Shown: positions 21,152 through 32,800 of the stretch, piece after piece
How positions within the stretch are numbered: the first letter of the stretch is position 1
Layout: each line of letters begins with the position of its first letter
The notes under the pieces: generated by a model
What the model saw: the letters and a program-made list of their open reading frames with translations, nothing else
What the model was told of the DNA's origin: nothing
Databases searched by the model: none
From: Macrostomum lignano
Taxonomy: Eukaryota
Direction of reading: 5' to 3'
DNA length: 64,000 nt
Assembly (NCBI GenBank): GCA_002269645.1
Contig: NIVC01001122.1
Location: forward strand, 356,682-420,681
Translations under genes and position numbers: made by a program

Positions 21152-21664
21152 CTTATTGTTTAGGCAGGGAGAATTTTCGCTGAAAACTCATTTATTGGGA
21201 TATAGGAAAAATACTGCTTACTAATACAAATTCCTCGGTTCTGTTTATATTGGTTTGGGAGATGTTTATCTATATCTGGTGTTCTGCAGGTGCCCGAAGT
21301 TTTAGCAATATAGCTACTAAGATTTTATCTGACTAGGGTATGCAGCTAGTAGCTGTGTCCAAAGAGCTGCAATCGAAAATTTCACAGATTTGCAACGCGT
21401 CTATCGGGTGGGGTAGGCCTACAAGTTATTCCTACCAGATTTCTTAGAAACTACATCGGAGGGCGAGATCTAATCAAACAAAAATGAACACAACTTTTCA
21501 AGGATTAAGAGATAAGTAAACTCACAGAAAGCAAAAAATGCTTGTAAACAATGCTACGAGTGTATTAATGAGCTTTGAGAATGCTTCTTAGAATAGAGAT
21601 TTTATTTGTCAAGGCGGGATGCAAATCAGTGCGTAAGGTTGGTGTCGAAATACTTAGTGAAGAG

Positions 21665-21920
21665 TGACAGGGCGTGGGGTGGGTGTCAAAGTACTTATTG
21701 AGGAGAAACAGGGGATGGGGTAAGGTGTCAAAGTATTTAGTGAGGAGGGACAGGGCGTGAGGTGGGTGTCAAAGTATTTAGTGAGGAGGGACAGGGCGTG
21801 AGGTGGGTGTCAAAATACTTGGTGAGGAGGGACTGCGCGTGAGGTGGGTGCCAAAGTACTTAGTGAGGAGGGGCAGGGCGTGAGGTGGGTGTCAAAGTAC
21901 TTAGTGAGGAGGAACAGGAA
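21665..21920. repeat. 41-bp G-rich minisatellite (CAGGGCGTGAGGTGGGTGTCAAAGTACTTAGTGAGGAGGGA), ~6 copies
   Basis: Direct tandem units ~500 nt downstream of the polycystin stop. Confidence 0.9.
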
Positions 21921-22644
21921 GTGAGTGGGGGGCGTTGATGTAAATATTAGAGTTTAGCAAGATATATTTGGATTTAAGCGTATGACTGCAAGCTCAGCTA
22001 ACAAATGAAGGTCAGAAGTATTTTTGCTACCAGCCAGTTTAAAGTAGATTCATTTAATAAAAAAGATAGGCAAGCCTGTGAACACCGCTTTAAAAGCAAA
22101 ATTGGCAGTTGCAAAACTAGTAGTTAGTGTAATTTTTCGAGAACAGGCTCGCACACGAGCGCACACGCACAAGTCCTTAGTAAACTATAGACTATTCTGC
22201 CTCCTTAATAACACTGCTTATACTCTGTTCTCTCTTGGCTGGAGTGCGTGCTTTTAGACAGCTCAAACTTTCAGGCAAACTTTCAATTACTCGCTTATTT
22301 TCTCTATCTTTCTCTGAATAGAATACGCCTCTTGCGACTTACTTCTATTACGCTAGCACTAGTGGATGCTTTACTGAATAAAGAATTATATATTTTTCTG
22401 CTACGATGTTTCAAAAATCTGTCTTTTAAAACTGCCTAGCTTAAGCTTAAAAAACAGAGTTTGTGCTTTTTAATCAAATACACCGGTAGTACCTGGCAAA
22501 GAGACGATTCTTCTCCTGTAGATTTTTCTCCACTGACTGGCATGACAACCGCGCAGTGTGTGCGCTGCAGCTTGTTATTGTTTTCTAATTTTCGAGAAAG
22601 CCAAAAGTATAGTTGAAAAGATATACGGCTCGTATATGAAGGAG

Positions 22645-23530
22645 AGTCAGAGACGGAAGGGTGACAGCGGAAGGAGAGTCAGACACAGAAGGGTGACAGC
22701 GGAAGAAGGAGAGTCAGAGAAGGGAGGGTGACAGCGGAAGGAGAGTCAGAGAAGGAAGGGTGAGAGCGGAAGGAGGAGAGTCAGAGACGGAAGGGTGACA
22801 GCGGAAGGAGAGTCAGAGAAGGAAGGGTGACAGCGGAAGGAGGAGAGTCAGAGAAGGAAGGGTGACAGCGGAAGGAGGAGAGTCAGAGAAGGAAGGGTGA
22901 CAGCGGAAGAAGGAGAGTCAGAGAAGGAAGGGTGAGAGCGGAAGGAGGAGAGTCAGAGAAGGAAGGGTGACAGCGGAAGGAGGAGAGTCAGAGAAGGAAG
23001 GGTGACAGCGGAAGAAGGAGAGTCAGAGACGGAAGGGTGACAGCGGAAGAAGGAGAGTCAGAGAAGGAAGGGTGACAGCGGAAGAAGGAGAGTCAGAGAA
23101 GGAAGGGTGAGAGCGGAAGGAGGAGAGTCAGAGACGGAAGGGTGACAGCGGAAGAAGGAGAGTCAGAGAAGGGAGGGTGACAGCGGAAGGAGAGTCAGAG
23201 AAGGAAGGGTGACAGCGGAAGGAGGAGAGTCAGAGACGGAAGGGTGACAGCGGAAGGAGAGTCAGAGAAGGAAGGGTGACAGCGGAAGGAGGAGAGTCAG
23301 AGAAGGAAGGGTGACAGCGGAAGGAGGAGAGTCAGAGAAGGAAGGGTGACAGCGGAAGAAGGAGAGTCAGAGACGGAAGGGTGACAGCGGAAGAAGGAGA
23401 GTCAGAGAAGGAAGGGTGACAGCGGAAGAAGGAGAGTCAGAGAAGGAAGGGTGAGAGCGGAAGGAGGAGAGTCAGAGACGGAAGGGTGACAGCGGAAGAA
23501 GGAGAGTCAGAGAAGGAAGGGTGAGAGCGG
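22645..23530. repeat. 32/35-bp purine-rich minisatellite (GAGTCAGAGAAGGAAGGGTGACAGCGGAAGGA[GGA])
   Basis: ~26 tandem units. Confidence 0.96.
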
Positions 23531-24399
23531 GAGAAGTCAGAGAGGGTGGGGAGAGGTGGTTTACGCTCGTATAGGGAGAAATCAGATGGGAAATTAATAG
23601 GAGGCTGTGGGAAGAAGCCGGAACGGTGGATCAGAGCAGCTGCAAGCACAGAAGCGGGGAATCGGATAAAGAAAACGCAAGCCCGTTACTAATAGGAAAC
23701 AAAAGCAGTCATGAAACGAGTGAGCCTATGCAATACAAGCGAATAACATTAGCGTTAGGGCAATAAGGTGACTTCTGCTGCAGCGGCTTTACCTTATTTG
23801 CTTGTGTTCGGGATCAGAGACCCAGAGACACGCGGAGAGACAGGGGAGACAGACAGACCGCGGATAGGGCACTCACTAATGAGTGAAAAAAAGGGAGGCA
23901 GGCAAACAGCCCTCAGTCTCCCAACTCCCCCCTCCAAAGTCGGGTGAGGGGTTAGGCTGGGGGCAGCGGCTAAGAGTAGGCGACTCAAAAGAGAAAAGCT
24001 CGCTTGTGTCTTATCGGTCTCCCTAGAGTTGCTCTGTGTCTTCTATCTAGCCGAGCAAAGGGCTGAAGCGCCGGCTAGTGGTCGCGAAATATGCCTTGTA
24101 TCTCATCTTAGCTAATCCCAGTTTACTGCGCCTACAGTTCTAGTACAGCACGATTTGTAGCTAAGGCCTAACTAACAGCTGGGATGGAAACTGCATTACA
24201 CCAGACTGTGGGCTATAGGAACCACAGATACCTCCCCCGCTGAAAGCAAAAGCTTCAAAGCGATTATTTGTTACTTTTTATTAGTCTGCTGTTTCGACTG
24301 ATGTCAAAATGTCAGTTGTATAGGGGCGTCCCCGGTCAGGGGTTAAGCCAACACCAAAAATTCTAAGGGAAAAGTTTAGGAGTCCGATTTGTTATTAGT

Positions 24400-25625
24400 A
24401 CATTCATTTTAGTGCCTCAGGCATTCATTTTGGCACCGCAGGAACTCATTTTAGCGCCGCAGGCACTCATTTTAGCGTCGCAGGCACTCATTTTAGCGCC
24501 GCAGGCACTCATTTTAGCGCCGCAGGCACTCATTTTAGCGCTGCAGGCACTCATTTTAGCACCACAGGCGCTCATTTTGGCACCGCAGGCACTCATTTTA
24601 GCGCCGCAGGCACTCATTTTAGCGTCGCAGGCACTCATTTTAGCGCCGCAGGCACTCATTTTAGCGCCGCAGGCACTCATTTTAGCACCGCAGGCACTCA
24701 TTTTAGCGCCACAGACACTCATTTTAGCGCCGCAGGCACTCATTTTAGCGCCGCAGGCACTCATTTTAGCACCGCAGGCACTCATTTTAGCGCCGCAGGC
24801 ACTCATTTTAGCGCCGCAGGCACTCATTTTAGCGCCGCAGGCACTCATTTTAGCGCCGCAGGAACTCATTTTAGCGCCGCAGGCACTCATTTTAGCGCCG
24901 CAGGCACTCATTTTAGCGCCGCAGGCACTCATTTTAGCGCCGCAGGCACTCATTTTAGCGCCGCAGGCACTCATTTTAGCGCCGCAGGAACGCATTTTAG
25001 CGCCGCAGGCACTCATTTTAGCGCCGCAGGCACTCATTTTAGCGCCGCAGGCACTCATTTTAGCGCCGCAGGAACGCATTTTAGCGCCGCAGGCACTCAT
25101 TTTAGCGCCGCAGGCACTCATTTTAGCGCCGCAGGAACTCATTTTAGCGCCGCAGGCACTCATTTTAGCGCCGCAGGCACTCATTTTAGCGCCGCAGGAA
25201 CGCATTTTAGCGCCGCAGGCACTCATTTTGGCGCCGCAGGCACTCATTTTAGCGCCGCAGGAACGCATTTTAGCGCCGCAGGCACTCATTTTAGCGCCGC
25301 AGGAACGCATTTTAGCGCCGCAGGCACTCATTTTAGCGCCGCAGGAACGCATTTTAGCGCCGCAGGCACTCATTTTAGCGCCCCAGGCACTCATTTCGGC
25401 ACCGCAGGCACTGATTTTAGCACCGCAGGCACTCATTTTAGCGCCGCAGGCACTCATTTCGGCACCGCAGGCACTCATTTCGGCACCGCAGGCACTCATT
25501 TTAGCACCGCAGGCACTCATTTCGGCACCGCAGGCACTCATTTTAGCACCGCAGGCACTCATTTCGGCACCGCAGGAACGCATTTTAGCACCGCAGGCAC
25601 TCATTTTGGGGCCACAAGCACTGAT
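24400..25625. repeat. 21-bp minisatellite (GCGCCGCAGGCACTCATTTTA), ~57 copies, probably inside a hAT-like element starting at ~24322
   Basis: 7-aa periodic ORFs on both strands; upstream TAGGGGCGTC resembles the terminus of the 48.5-48.8 kb element, which has the same unit about 3 times. Confidence 0.95.
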
Positions 25626-25850
25626 TTTACAGAACAGGTCACAGAACGTACTGCTTTGACCAGTCTGGGTACAGTTTCCAATCCGGATTTAAAGAGTTTC
25701 GAGGTCCATGGCGGCTCATGCCATACTAACATACCAAGCCTCGATAATTGGAGGGAAAAAGAGGGGGAGAAAATTTGGAAGGCTGAACTCGACTTGGGGA
25801 GGGATGGGGAAGGAAGGCGGCGGATCGACTTTGAGGGACTGAGAGGGCGA

Positions 25851-25861
25851 GAGAGCGAGAG

Positions 25862-25930
<69 letters not shown>
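25851..25930. repeat. (GA)n microsatellite
   Basis: Pure GA run. Confidence 0.97.
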
Positions 25931-26304
25931 AAGAGAGGTGGTGGAAGAAGAAGTTCTAGTCACTGTCGGCCAAGAAACACAGTTTATCACTTGAAACCCG
26001 CCGGGGTAACGCAGTAAAAATTACTAAAAATACACGCGTAGCCCAAGACGTTTTAGACGCGACCTTCAAAAGGTATATATAATGTTGCAAAAATGCAAAA
26101 ACGAGGTAATTTTTACATTGAACGTTAATGTTCTATTTTTACAGCTGAAGCAGAAGGGTCACAACGGCTAACATTTCTCACCTTATGACCTACCTGATTT
26201 GAAAGCTTATCTACTCGTATAGGATGAAGTTTGCAACAAAAGAAGATTATTGATAAAGACTAAAAGCGTGTAAACAAACAGCTGAAACAACTTGCTTTCT
26301 GGTT

Positions 26305-26576
26305 CAGTGGCGTAGTGTCACAATACCATAGACAGTGTCATTGATAACTATTCAGGCGAATATTTTAGCGCCACTGTAGCCCCCGAGGGCGAGAGTTTAG
26401 CGCCACTGTAGCCCCCTAAAGCGAGAGTTTAGCGCCACTGTAGCCCCCGAGAGCGAGAGTTTAGCGCCACTGTAGCCCCCGAGGGCGAGAGTTTAGCGCC
26501 ACTGTAGCCCCCTAAAGCGAGAGTTTAGCGCCACTGTAGCCCCCGAGGGCGAGAGTTTAGCGCCACTGTAGCCCCT
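26305..26576. repeat. 32-bp tandem array (7x TTTAGCGCCACTGTAGCCCCCGAGGGCGAGAG) downstream of a CAGTGGCGTA terminus-like motif
   Basis: CGCCACTG at 26369, 26401, 26433, 26465, 26497, 26529 and 26561 is the inverse of CAGTGGCG at 26305. Confidence 0.85.
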
Positions 26577-26757
26577 GGGGCCAATTTTATAAAGCCTTGA
26601 TCATAGATAAAAATCTATGGAACCGTTGATTTTATCATGTGCCACTTTTATCAAGAAGTGATAAAACTTGTATCGCCCCACCATTGATGAAAAACTAGCG
26701 ATAAAATCATACGATTTTCAATCCTGCTTGTGACTAGGATAAGTCTTCATCATCATC

Positions 26758-26913
26758 ATGGATTTTATTCAAATTTGGGATGTTGAGGACGAGGCGCACA
26801 ACCGGGCTCCTCGAGTGTTCATTCCCCGCGAATTTTTCGACGGCGAGACCGACATTGTCCAGCGCTTCCGCCTCAATCGTGCATCCTCAAACGAGACGTC
26901 GCGCAAGTGTTGA
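26758..26913 (+). pseudogene. Harbinger transposase N-terminal stump
   Basis: MDFIQIWDVEDEAHNRAPRVFIPREFFDGETDIVQRFRLNR resembles the R.RVF.....F..D..+..RFR+.R start of Harbinger/HARBI1-type transposases (from recall). Confidence 0.65.
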
Positions 26914-27070
26914 AGCTATTTGCCTTTAGGACGTCTAGAATTTTCTGCCAGGCTTCGTTCTTTCTTCTCGAACCGTCCGCGAAGTTGGCGAAGCTTCCAA
27001 AGATGATCTCCTTACGGTGAAGAATCTCCCGTAGCAGAAGTAGCTTTTGCTCTTTAGAAAATCTTTGCTT
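26900..27070 (-). pseudogene. Myb/SANT-like DNA-binding protein stump (Harbinger ORF2)
   Basis: KQRFSKEQKLLLLREILHRKEIIFGSFANFADGSRRKNEAWQKILDVLKA matches the F(S/T)..E..LL......K..+F.......K..AW..I...L pattern. Confidence 0.8.
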
Positions 27071-28069
27071 AGATTAATGTATGAATAAGATCGTTATAGG
27101 CAAAGATTTAGAGTAAAAGAGCTGTATGCAGAGCGGCGTTGGTACCACTTGACCAAATTAGACTGACGAGACGTCTATGGGAGAACTTCAAATTTGGGAC
27201 TAAATAAAGTTCTTTCCATTCATACCCTTTTACACTGGTTGATTAATTACCAACGCTGACTCAGTTTTCGTCATGGCTTTATAAAATAGGATTTCAATCG
27301 ATTGATAACTGGTGGGCCATCTGCGATTTTTAACCATAGATTTTTTACCAAGGCGTTATAAAATTGGTCCCTGAGGGCGAATAAAAATAAAAAATTTGTA
27401 CTCAGAGCGTGTGTGGGCATTGGTGCCTACCCTTCTAGCGTTTGATTCGGCCATAGACACTTGGTGCTGATTTTAATCGAATTATTTACTTGCTTGTTTA
27501 TAAACTTGCAGTAACGCGCGAATGCACTCGACAGCGGCTTATGTGTAAGACAGGGTAGACTTATTTTCTTAGTACTTACGAGCGTAGTAGGACAGCTTAG
27601 TCTATTACATATATACAATCTTAGCCAATTCTCACGATCTAACGAGCTACAGTAGAGTGGCTTCTATGCGCTGCAGTTTCTAATTTAAAAGAAAACGCAA
27701 GAGAAAAAAAATCTGCACAGAGAGCGCCAGAGTCAGTCAAGCGAAAGATTTTGAGACGCGCCGAGAGAGAGAGAGAGAGAGCTATACAGCTGGGTCTGTC
27801 GCATCAAATCTACAGCATGCCGGGTCTGACAGGCTGCTACCTGGGCTGGGAGTGACTGAGAGAGAGAGAGAGAGAAAGTGTGTTTGCTTCACTCGTGCCA
27901 TATTGAAAGCATAACTGATTTTGTAGCTAGATTTCCGCATGCGATTCGTTTTGTATTTCATTCTCCCCTCCCCCCAATTTCCCATTTCCCGTGATTGCAG
28001 CGTCCTTTTATAATAGATTCATAGCTAATTGCATAACTATTTTTAAATGCCTAGCATCTTGCATGATTA

Positions 28070-28250
28070 AACCATGAAAAAATGAAATTAGTGGCTGTTA
28101 AACCATGAGAAAATGAAATTAGTGGCTGTTAAACCATAAGAAAATGAAATTAGTGGCTGTTAAACCATGAGAAAATGAAATTAGTGGCTGTTAAACCATG
28201 AGAAAATGAAATTAGTGGCTGTTAAACCATCAGAAAATGAAATTAGTGAT
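28070..28250. repeat. 31-bp minisatellite (AAACCATGAGAAAATGAAATTAGTGGCTGTT), ~5-6 copies
   Basis: Direct tandem units. Confidence 0.93.
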
Positions 28251-28317
28251 TGTGAAGCGTATGAGCTCGTAAGAGGCTGTGAAAAAATGAAAAAGTCTCT
28301 TCTCTGTCTCTTAGACG

Positions 28318-28482
28318 TGCACCCCGGTCTCTTAGGTGGGTACCCCTGTCTCTTAGGTGGGTAGACCCCTGTCTCTTAGGTGGGTATACCCCTGTCTCTT
28401 AGGTGGGTATACCCCTGTCTCTTAGGTGGGTATACCCCTGTCTCTTAGGTGGGTATACCCCTGTCTCTTAGGTGGGCACCCT
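28318..28482. repeat. ~23-bp minisatellite (CCCCTGTCTCTTAGGTGGGTATA), ~7 copies
   Basis: Direct tandem units. Confidence 0.93.
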
Positions 28483-29249
28483 TAGCACTGCTGTTGTCGA
28501 TCACCCATTCCATTCATCAAGATTGTTGGCCTCTCATCTGAGGGGCGCTTTCCCATTTTGTGTCTTCCTTAGTAAACAGTGTTTCAGCCTTATTCCGTTA
28601 AAGCAGCAAAATCAACAAACAACCCTGTCATCTTTCATTTTGCATTTCTGATCCAAAGAGAAGCAGAACGGGGAATAAAAAGGCGATCAGAGGACGCCTG
28701 GCCGAAATTTAAATTAAAAAAAATTTTTTTTTGCAAATCACAATTAGTTACTTTGTAGTTTAACAAATTCTACAACAAACATAGTATAATAAAAATCAAA
28801 CATATATATATATATATAAATTAGCTTACTAACAAACGGGATTTATTGCCACATTGATAGACGCAGGTACGAGTTCAACAACAAACATGTTTATAGAATA
28901 GAGCCTTCGAGGTAATGTTATACAAGTAGCTATATATAAAATGATTTACAATGCATACGGATTAAGCTGAGCTGCTGCGCGCAGAATTTGAGAAGACGAA
29001 TAGCCAGACAAAAAGGTCAGCTCTTGAGTAGCTACATTCACTTTTTAGGTTACAAAGCGAAGCCAAAATAGCATAAATTAATCCGCGAGAGGAGGCAAGC
29101 AGAGGGGGGAGGCCATCCAGGATTTCCCAGGGCCGCCTGCCCCAACCCCCTCTCTTTACCTCGGGCAGCTCAATCTGATCCAATGTCAGGAAACGAATAG
29201 GCAAAATACACACTGAGATACTCGTACACGTGTTCACGACACAATAGAC

Positions 29250-29700
29250 AAGGTTCCTTAACTCTTCGCTGATTGGTCAATTTAGATGGATCCTTAACTC
29301 TTCGATTATTGGTCAATTTAGATGGATCCTTAACTCTTCGATTATTGGTCAATTTAGATGGATCCTTAACTCTTCGATTATTGGTCAATTTAGATGGATC
29401 CTTAACTCTTCGATTATTGGTCAATTTAGATGGATCCTTAACTCTTCGATTATTGGTCAATTTAGATGGATCCTTAACTCTTCGCTGATTGGTCAATTTA
29501 GATGGATCCTTAACTCTTCGCTGATTAGTCAATTTAGATGGATCCTTAACTCTTCGCTGATTGGTCAGCTAGTATTGATCCTTAACTCTTCGCTGATTGG
29601 TCAGCTAGTATTGATCCTTAACTCTTCGCTGATTGGTCAGCTACCTTAACTCTTCGCTGATTGGTCAATTTAGATGGATCCTTAACTCTTAGCTGATTGG
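29250..29700. repeat. 36-bp minisatellite (TTAACTCTTCGCTGATTGGTCAATTTAGATGGATCC), ~12 copies, just downstream of the PAAT stop
   Basis: 12-aa periodic ORFs; direct tandem units. Confidence 0.95.
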
Positions 29701-29805
29701 CCAGGATGAATCCTACTGAGCATTCGAACAAAAAAATTAGCCCGATATTCCCATAAACAAGCGATCGCAAGCAACACAAGGGAGAAGCAATGCAACTGCG
29801 TGCTT

Positions 29806-32800
29806 CTACTTTGCCGAATTGAATTCGGCTCCTCGGCTGGACAGATCGTCAATCCGGGCCTCGATCCGGTCCAGCCGCTCGTTGATCCGCTTCTCCATGG
29901 TGTCCAGGCGGCAGTCCAGCCACTGTCGGAGGCCCTGTATCGAGGCCTGACTGGTTGATACTGACCGGCTAACGCCTCCTCCGACTCCGCCGCTAGCCGC
30001 TGTCACCAGATTGAGCAGGGAGCGCGCCTGAGACGACAGTTCTACCTCGGAGAGGCGCTCAAGAAGCGACGTGACGCTCAGCGCTCGGTCGGACGGATGC
30101 GCCGGCCAGTTGTGCTGCTCCAACTGGATGCTGACGCAGGCCAGCTTCAGAGAGCCGGGCCCGGCCAGGGAGAGGAACTGCGGGATGCAGGAATAGAATG
30201 GATTGCTAATCTAGCCAACTTCATGGATGCAGAAATAGAATGGATTGCTAATCTAGCCAACTTCATGGATGCAGGAATAGAATGGATTGCTAATCTAGCC
30301 AACATCATGGATGCAGAAATAGAATGGATTGCTAATCTAGCCAACATCGTGGATGCAGGAATAGAAGGGATTGCTAATCTAGCCAACATCATGGATCCAG
30401 GAATAGAAAGGATTGCTAATCTAGCCAACATCGTGGATGCAGGAATAGAATGGATTGCTAATCTAGCCAACTTCATGGATGCAGGAATAGAATGGATTGC
30501 TAATCTAGCCAACATCATGGATGCAGAAATAGAATGGATTGCTAATCTAGCCAACATCGTGGATGCAGGAATAGAATGGATTGCTAATCTAGCCAACATC
30601 GTGGATGCAGGAATAGAAAGGATTGCTAATCTAGCCAACATCGTGGATGCAGGAATAGAATGGATTGCTAATCTAGCCAACATCGTGGATGCAGGAATAG
30701 AAAGGATTGCTAATCTAGCCAACATCGTGGATGCAGGAATAGAATGGATTGCTAATCTAGCCAACTTCATGGATGCAGGAATAGAATGGATTGCTAATCT
30801 AGCCAACTTCATGGATGCAGGAATAGAATGGATTGCTAATCTAGCCAACTTCATGGATGCAGGAATAGAATGGATTGCTAATCTAGCCAACTTCATGGAT
30901 GCAGGAATAGAATGGATTGCTAATCTAGCCAACATCGTGGATGCAGGAATAGAAAGGATTGCTAATCTAGCCAACATCGTGGATGCAGGAATAGAAGGGA
31001 TTGCTAATCTAGCCAACATCATGGATGCAGAAATAGAAGGGATTGCTAGTCTAGCTCATCATGGACGAAAGAATTTCTACATCACGCTCTCAGATTACAA
31101 ATCACAGGTGTCAATCGAGTACATTCTAAAAGCAGTAAAATAATTGGAGCAGAAACAAGCAAAACACCTATAAAAGGAAGCTAAGAAAAAGCAGGTGTCG
31201 TTAAACAGTCGCATTTTGATGGGATTTCGCCGGGAAATTAATCCTAGACGCTGAATGCAATGGCAATAAAAGCATTTTCCATTGGGAGCTGTTAAATATT
31301 TATTTCTAATTTTTGTTGCCGTCCTTGTCTATACAAGCTATGAGCTGGTTTATGAAGGCCGAAAATGATGATTAAGGCAAAGTCCTCTCTGTGTAGCGAC
31401 TCTAGTCCTCTCAGATTTGTTATCTGTAACAGAGTAGTCATTAGATGCAGTTGAGCGCATTATCTGCTGCTAGGAGAGGGCGGGGCTGACGATAAGCTTG
31501 CAACGAGGATATCCATAAAATTAGGCGCGCAGGACGCACGGGCAGCCGCCTATCACGCTACAAGAGGACCAAACCCGATAACCATGGATGGAGATGAGAT
31601 GAGCGGGGCATCAATTCGAATCGTGCAGAGATTCCGCATTCGAAATTAGCAGCTCAGACAAGCCTGCAGACTTGTGTTAGATAGAGCCAGTCCACAAATT
31701 GAGAGATTAAAGAGGGGAGAGAGAGAGCTAGCTAAGCAATCAGAGGCCTCTCCTACTTTCAGACAACTGTAGGCTGACTGCAGTGTTTCGGTTCCCTGAA
31801 TTTCAATAGCTAGAGTAGACAGAAGTTCATAATAGCCTAAGCTCATAGGCTATTTCTTAGAAGGCACACCAGGATCAGTGGCCGAGTCAGGCTACAGTTG
31901 TCTGAAATTGCCAGTTCTGGTTCCGGATCTCATTGCAGATCGGCACAGCGGGATCAGTGGCCGAGTCAGCCTACAGTTGTCTGAAATTGCCAGCTCTGGT
32001 TCCGGATCTCATTGCAGATCGGCACAGCGGGATCAGTGGCCGAGTCAGCCTACAGTTGTCTGAAATTGCCAGCTCTGGTTCCGGATCTCATTGCAGATCG
32101 GCACAGCGGGATCAGTGGCCGAGTCAGCCTACAGTTGTCTGAAAATGCCAGCTCCGGATCTCATTGCAGATCGGCACAGCGGGATCAGTGGCCGAGTCAG
32201 CTTACAGTTGTCTGAAAATGCCAGCTCTGGTTCCGGATCTCATTGCAGATCGGCACAGCGGGATCAGTGGCCGAGTCAGCTTACAGTTGTCTGAAAATGC
32301 CAGCTCTGGTTCCGGATCTCATTGCAGATCGGCACAGCGGGATCAGTGGCCGAGTCAGCCTACAGTTGTCTGAAAATGCCAGCTCTGGTTCCGGATCTCA
32401 TTGCAGATCGGCACAGCGGGATCAGTGGCCGAGTCAGCTTACAGTTGTCTGAAAATGCCAGCTCTGGTTCTGGATCTCATTGCAGATCGGCACAGCGGGA
32501 TCAGTGGCCGAGTCAGCCTACAGTTGTCTGAAATTGCCAGCTCCGGATCGGAGATCGGCATTGCAGATCGGCACAGCGGGATCAGTGGCCGGAGACAGAG
32601 ATCAAAAATAGGCTGAAAGAAGGGGAAGCAGTAGCTATCAGGGCAATTGCTGGAGTATCTATCTTCTATCTGTCTGTCTAAGTTTTCTCTCAGTTTGGAC
32701 GGAGTCATGCATTCAGAGAGAAAGAGAAAAATAATATATTTTAGAGACAGTCAAGCCAGCCACCCAGCCGAGCTTGTCCCCTGCTCTATATCTAGTCAGC

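Larger units (their letters stand above)
26577..27371. mobile_element. Internally deleted PIF/Harbinger DNA transposon
   Basis: TIRs GGGGCCAATTTTATAAAGCCTTG / reverse complement GGGACCAATTTTATAACGCCTTG; subterminal GATAAAAATCTATGG mirrored; carries stumps of the transposase (+) and Myb/SANT-like (-) genes. Confidence 0.85.

Noticed and set aside
24412-25659. 415-aa and 395-aa periodic ORFs
   Set aside because: The 21-bp repeat is open on both strands; no splice or codon evidence of coding.
30097-31143. 348-aa ORF with amphipathic-looking 14-aa repeats (DAGIEWIANLANIM)
   Set aside because: It is antisense to PAAT intron 2/exon 3, the opposite strand is equally open, and the 42-bp VNTR explains it.
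9897-32590. CRISPR-like appearance of the 23-79 bp repeats
   Set aside because: Units are directly adjacent with no unique spacers, there are no cas genes, and the context is eukaryotic introns.
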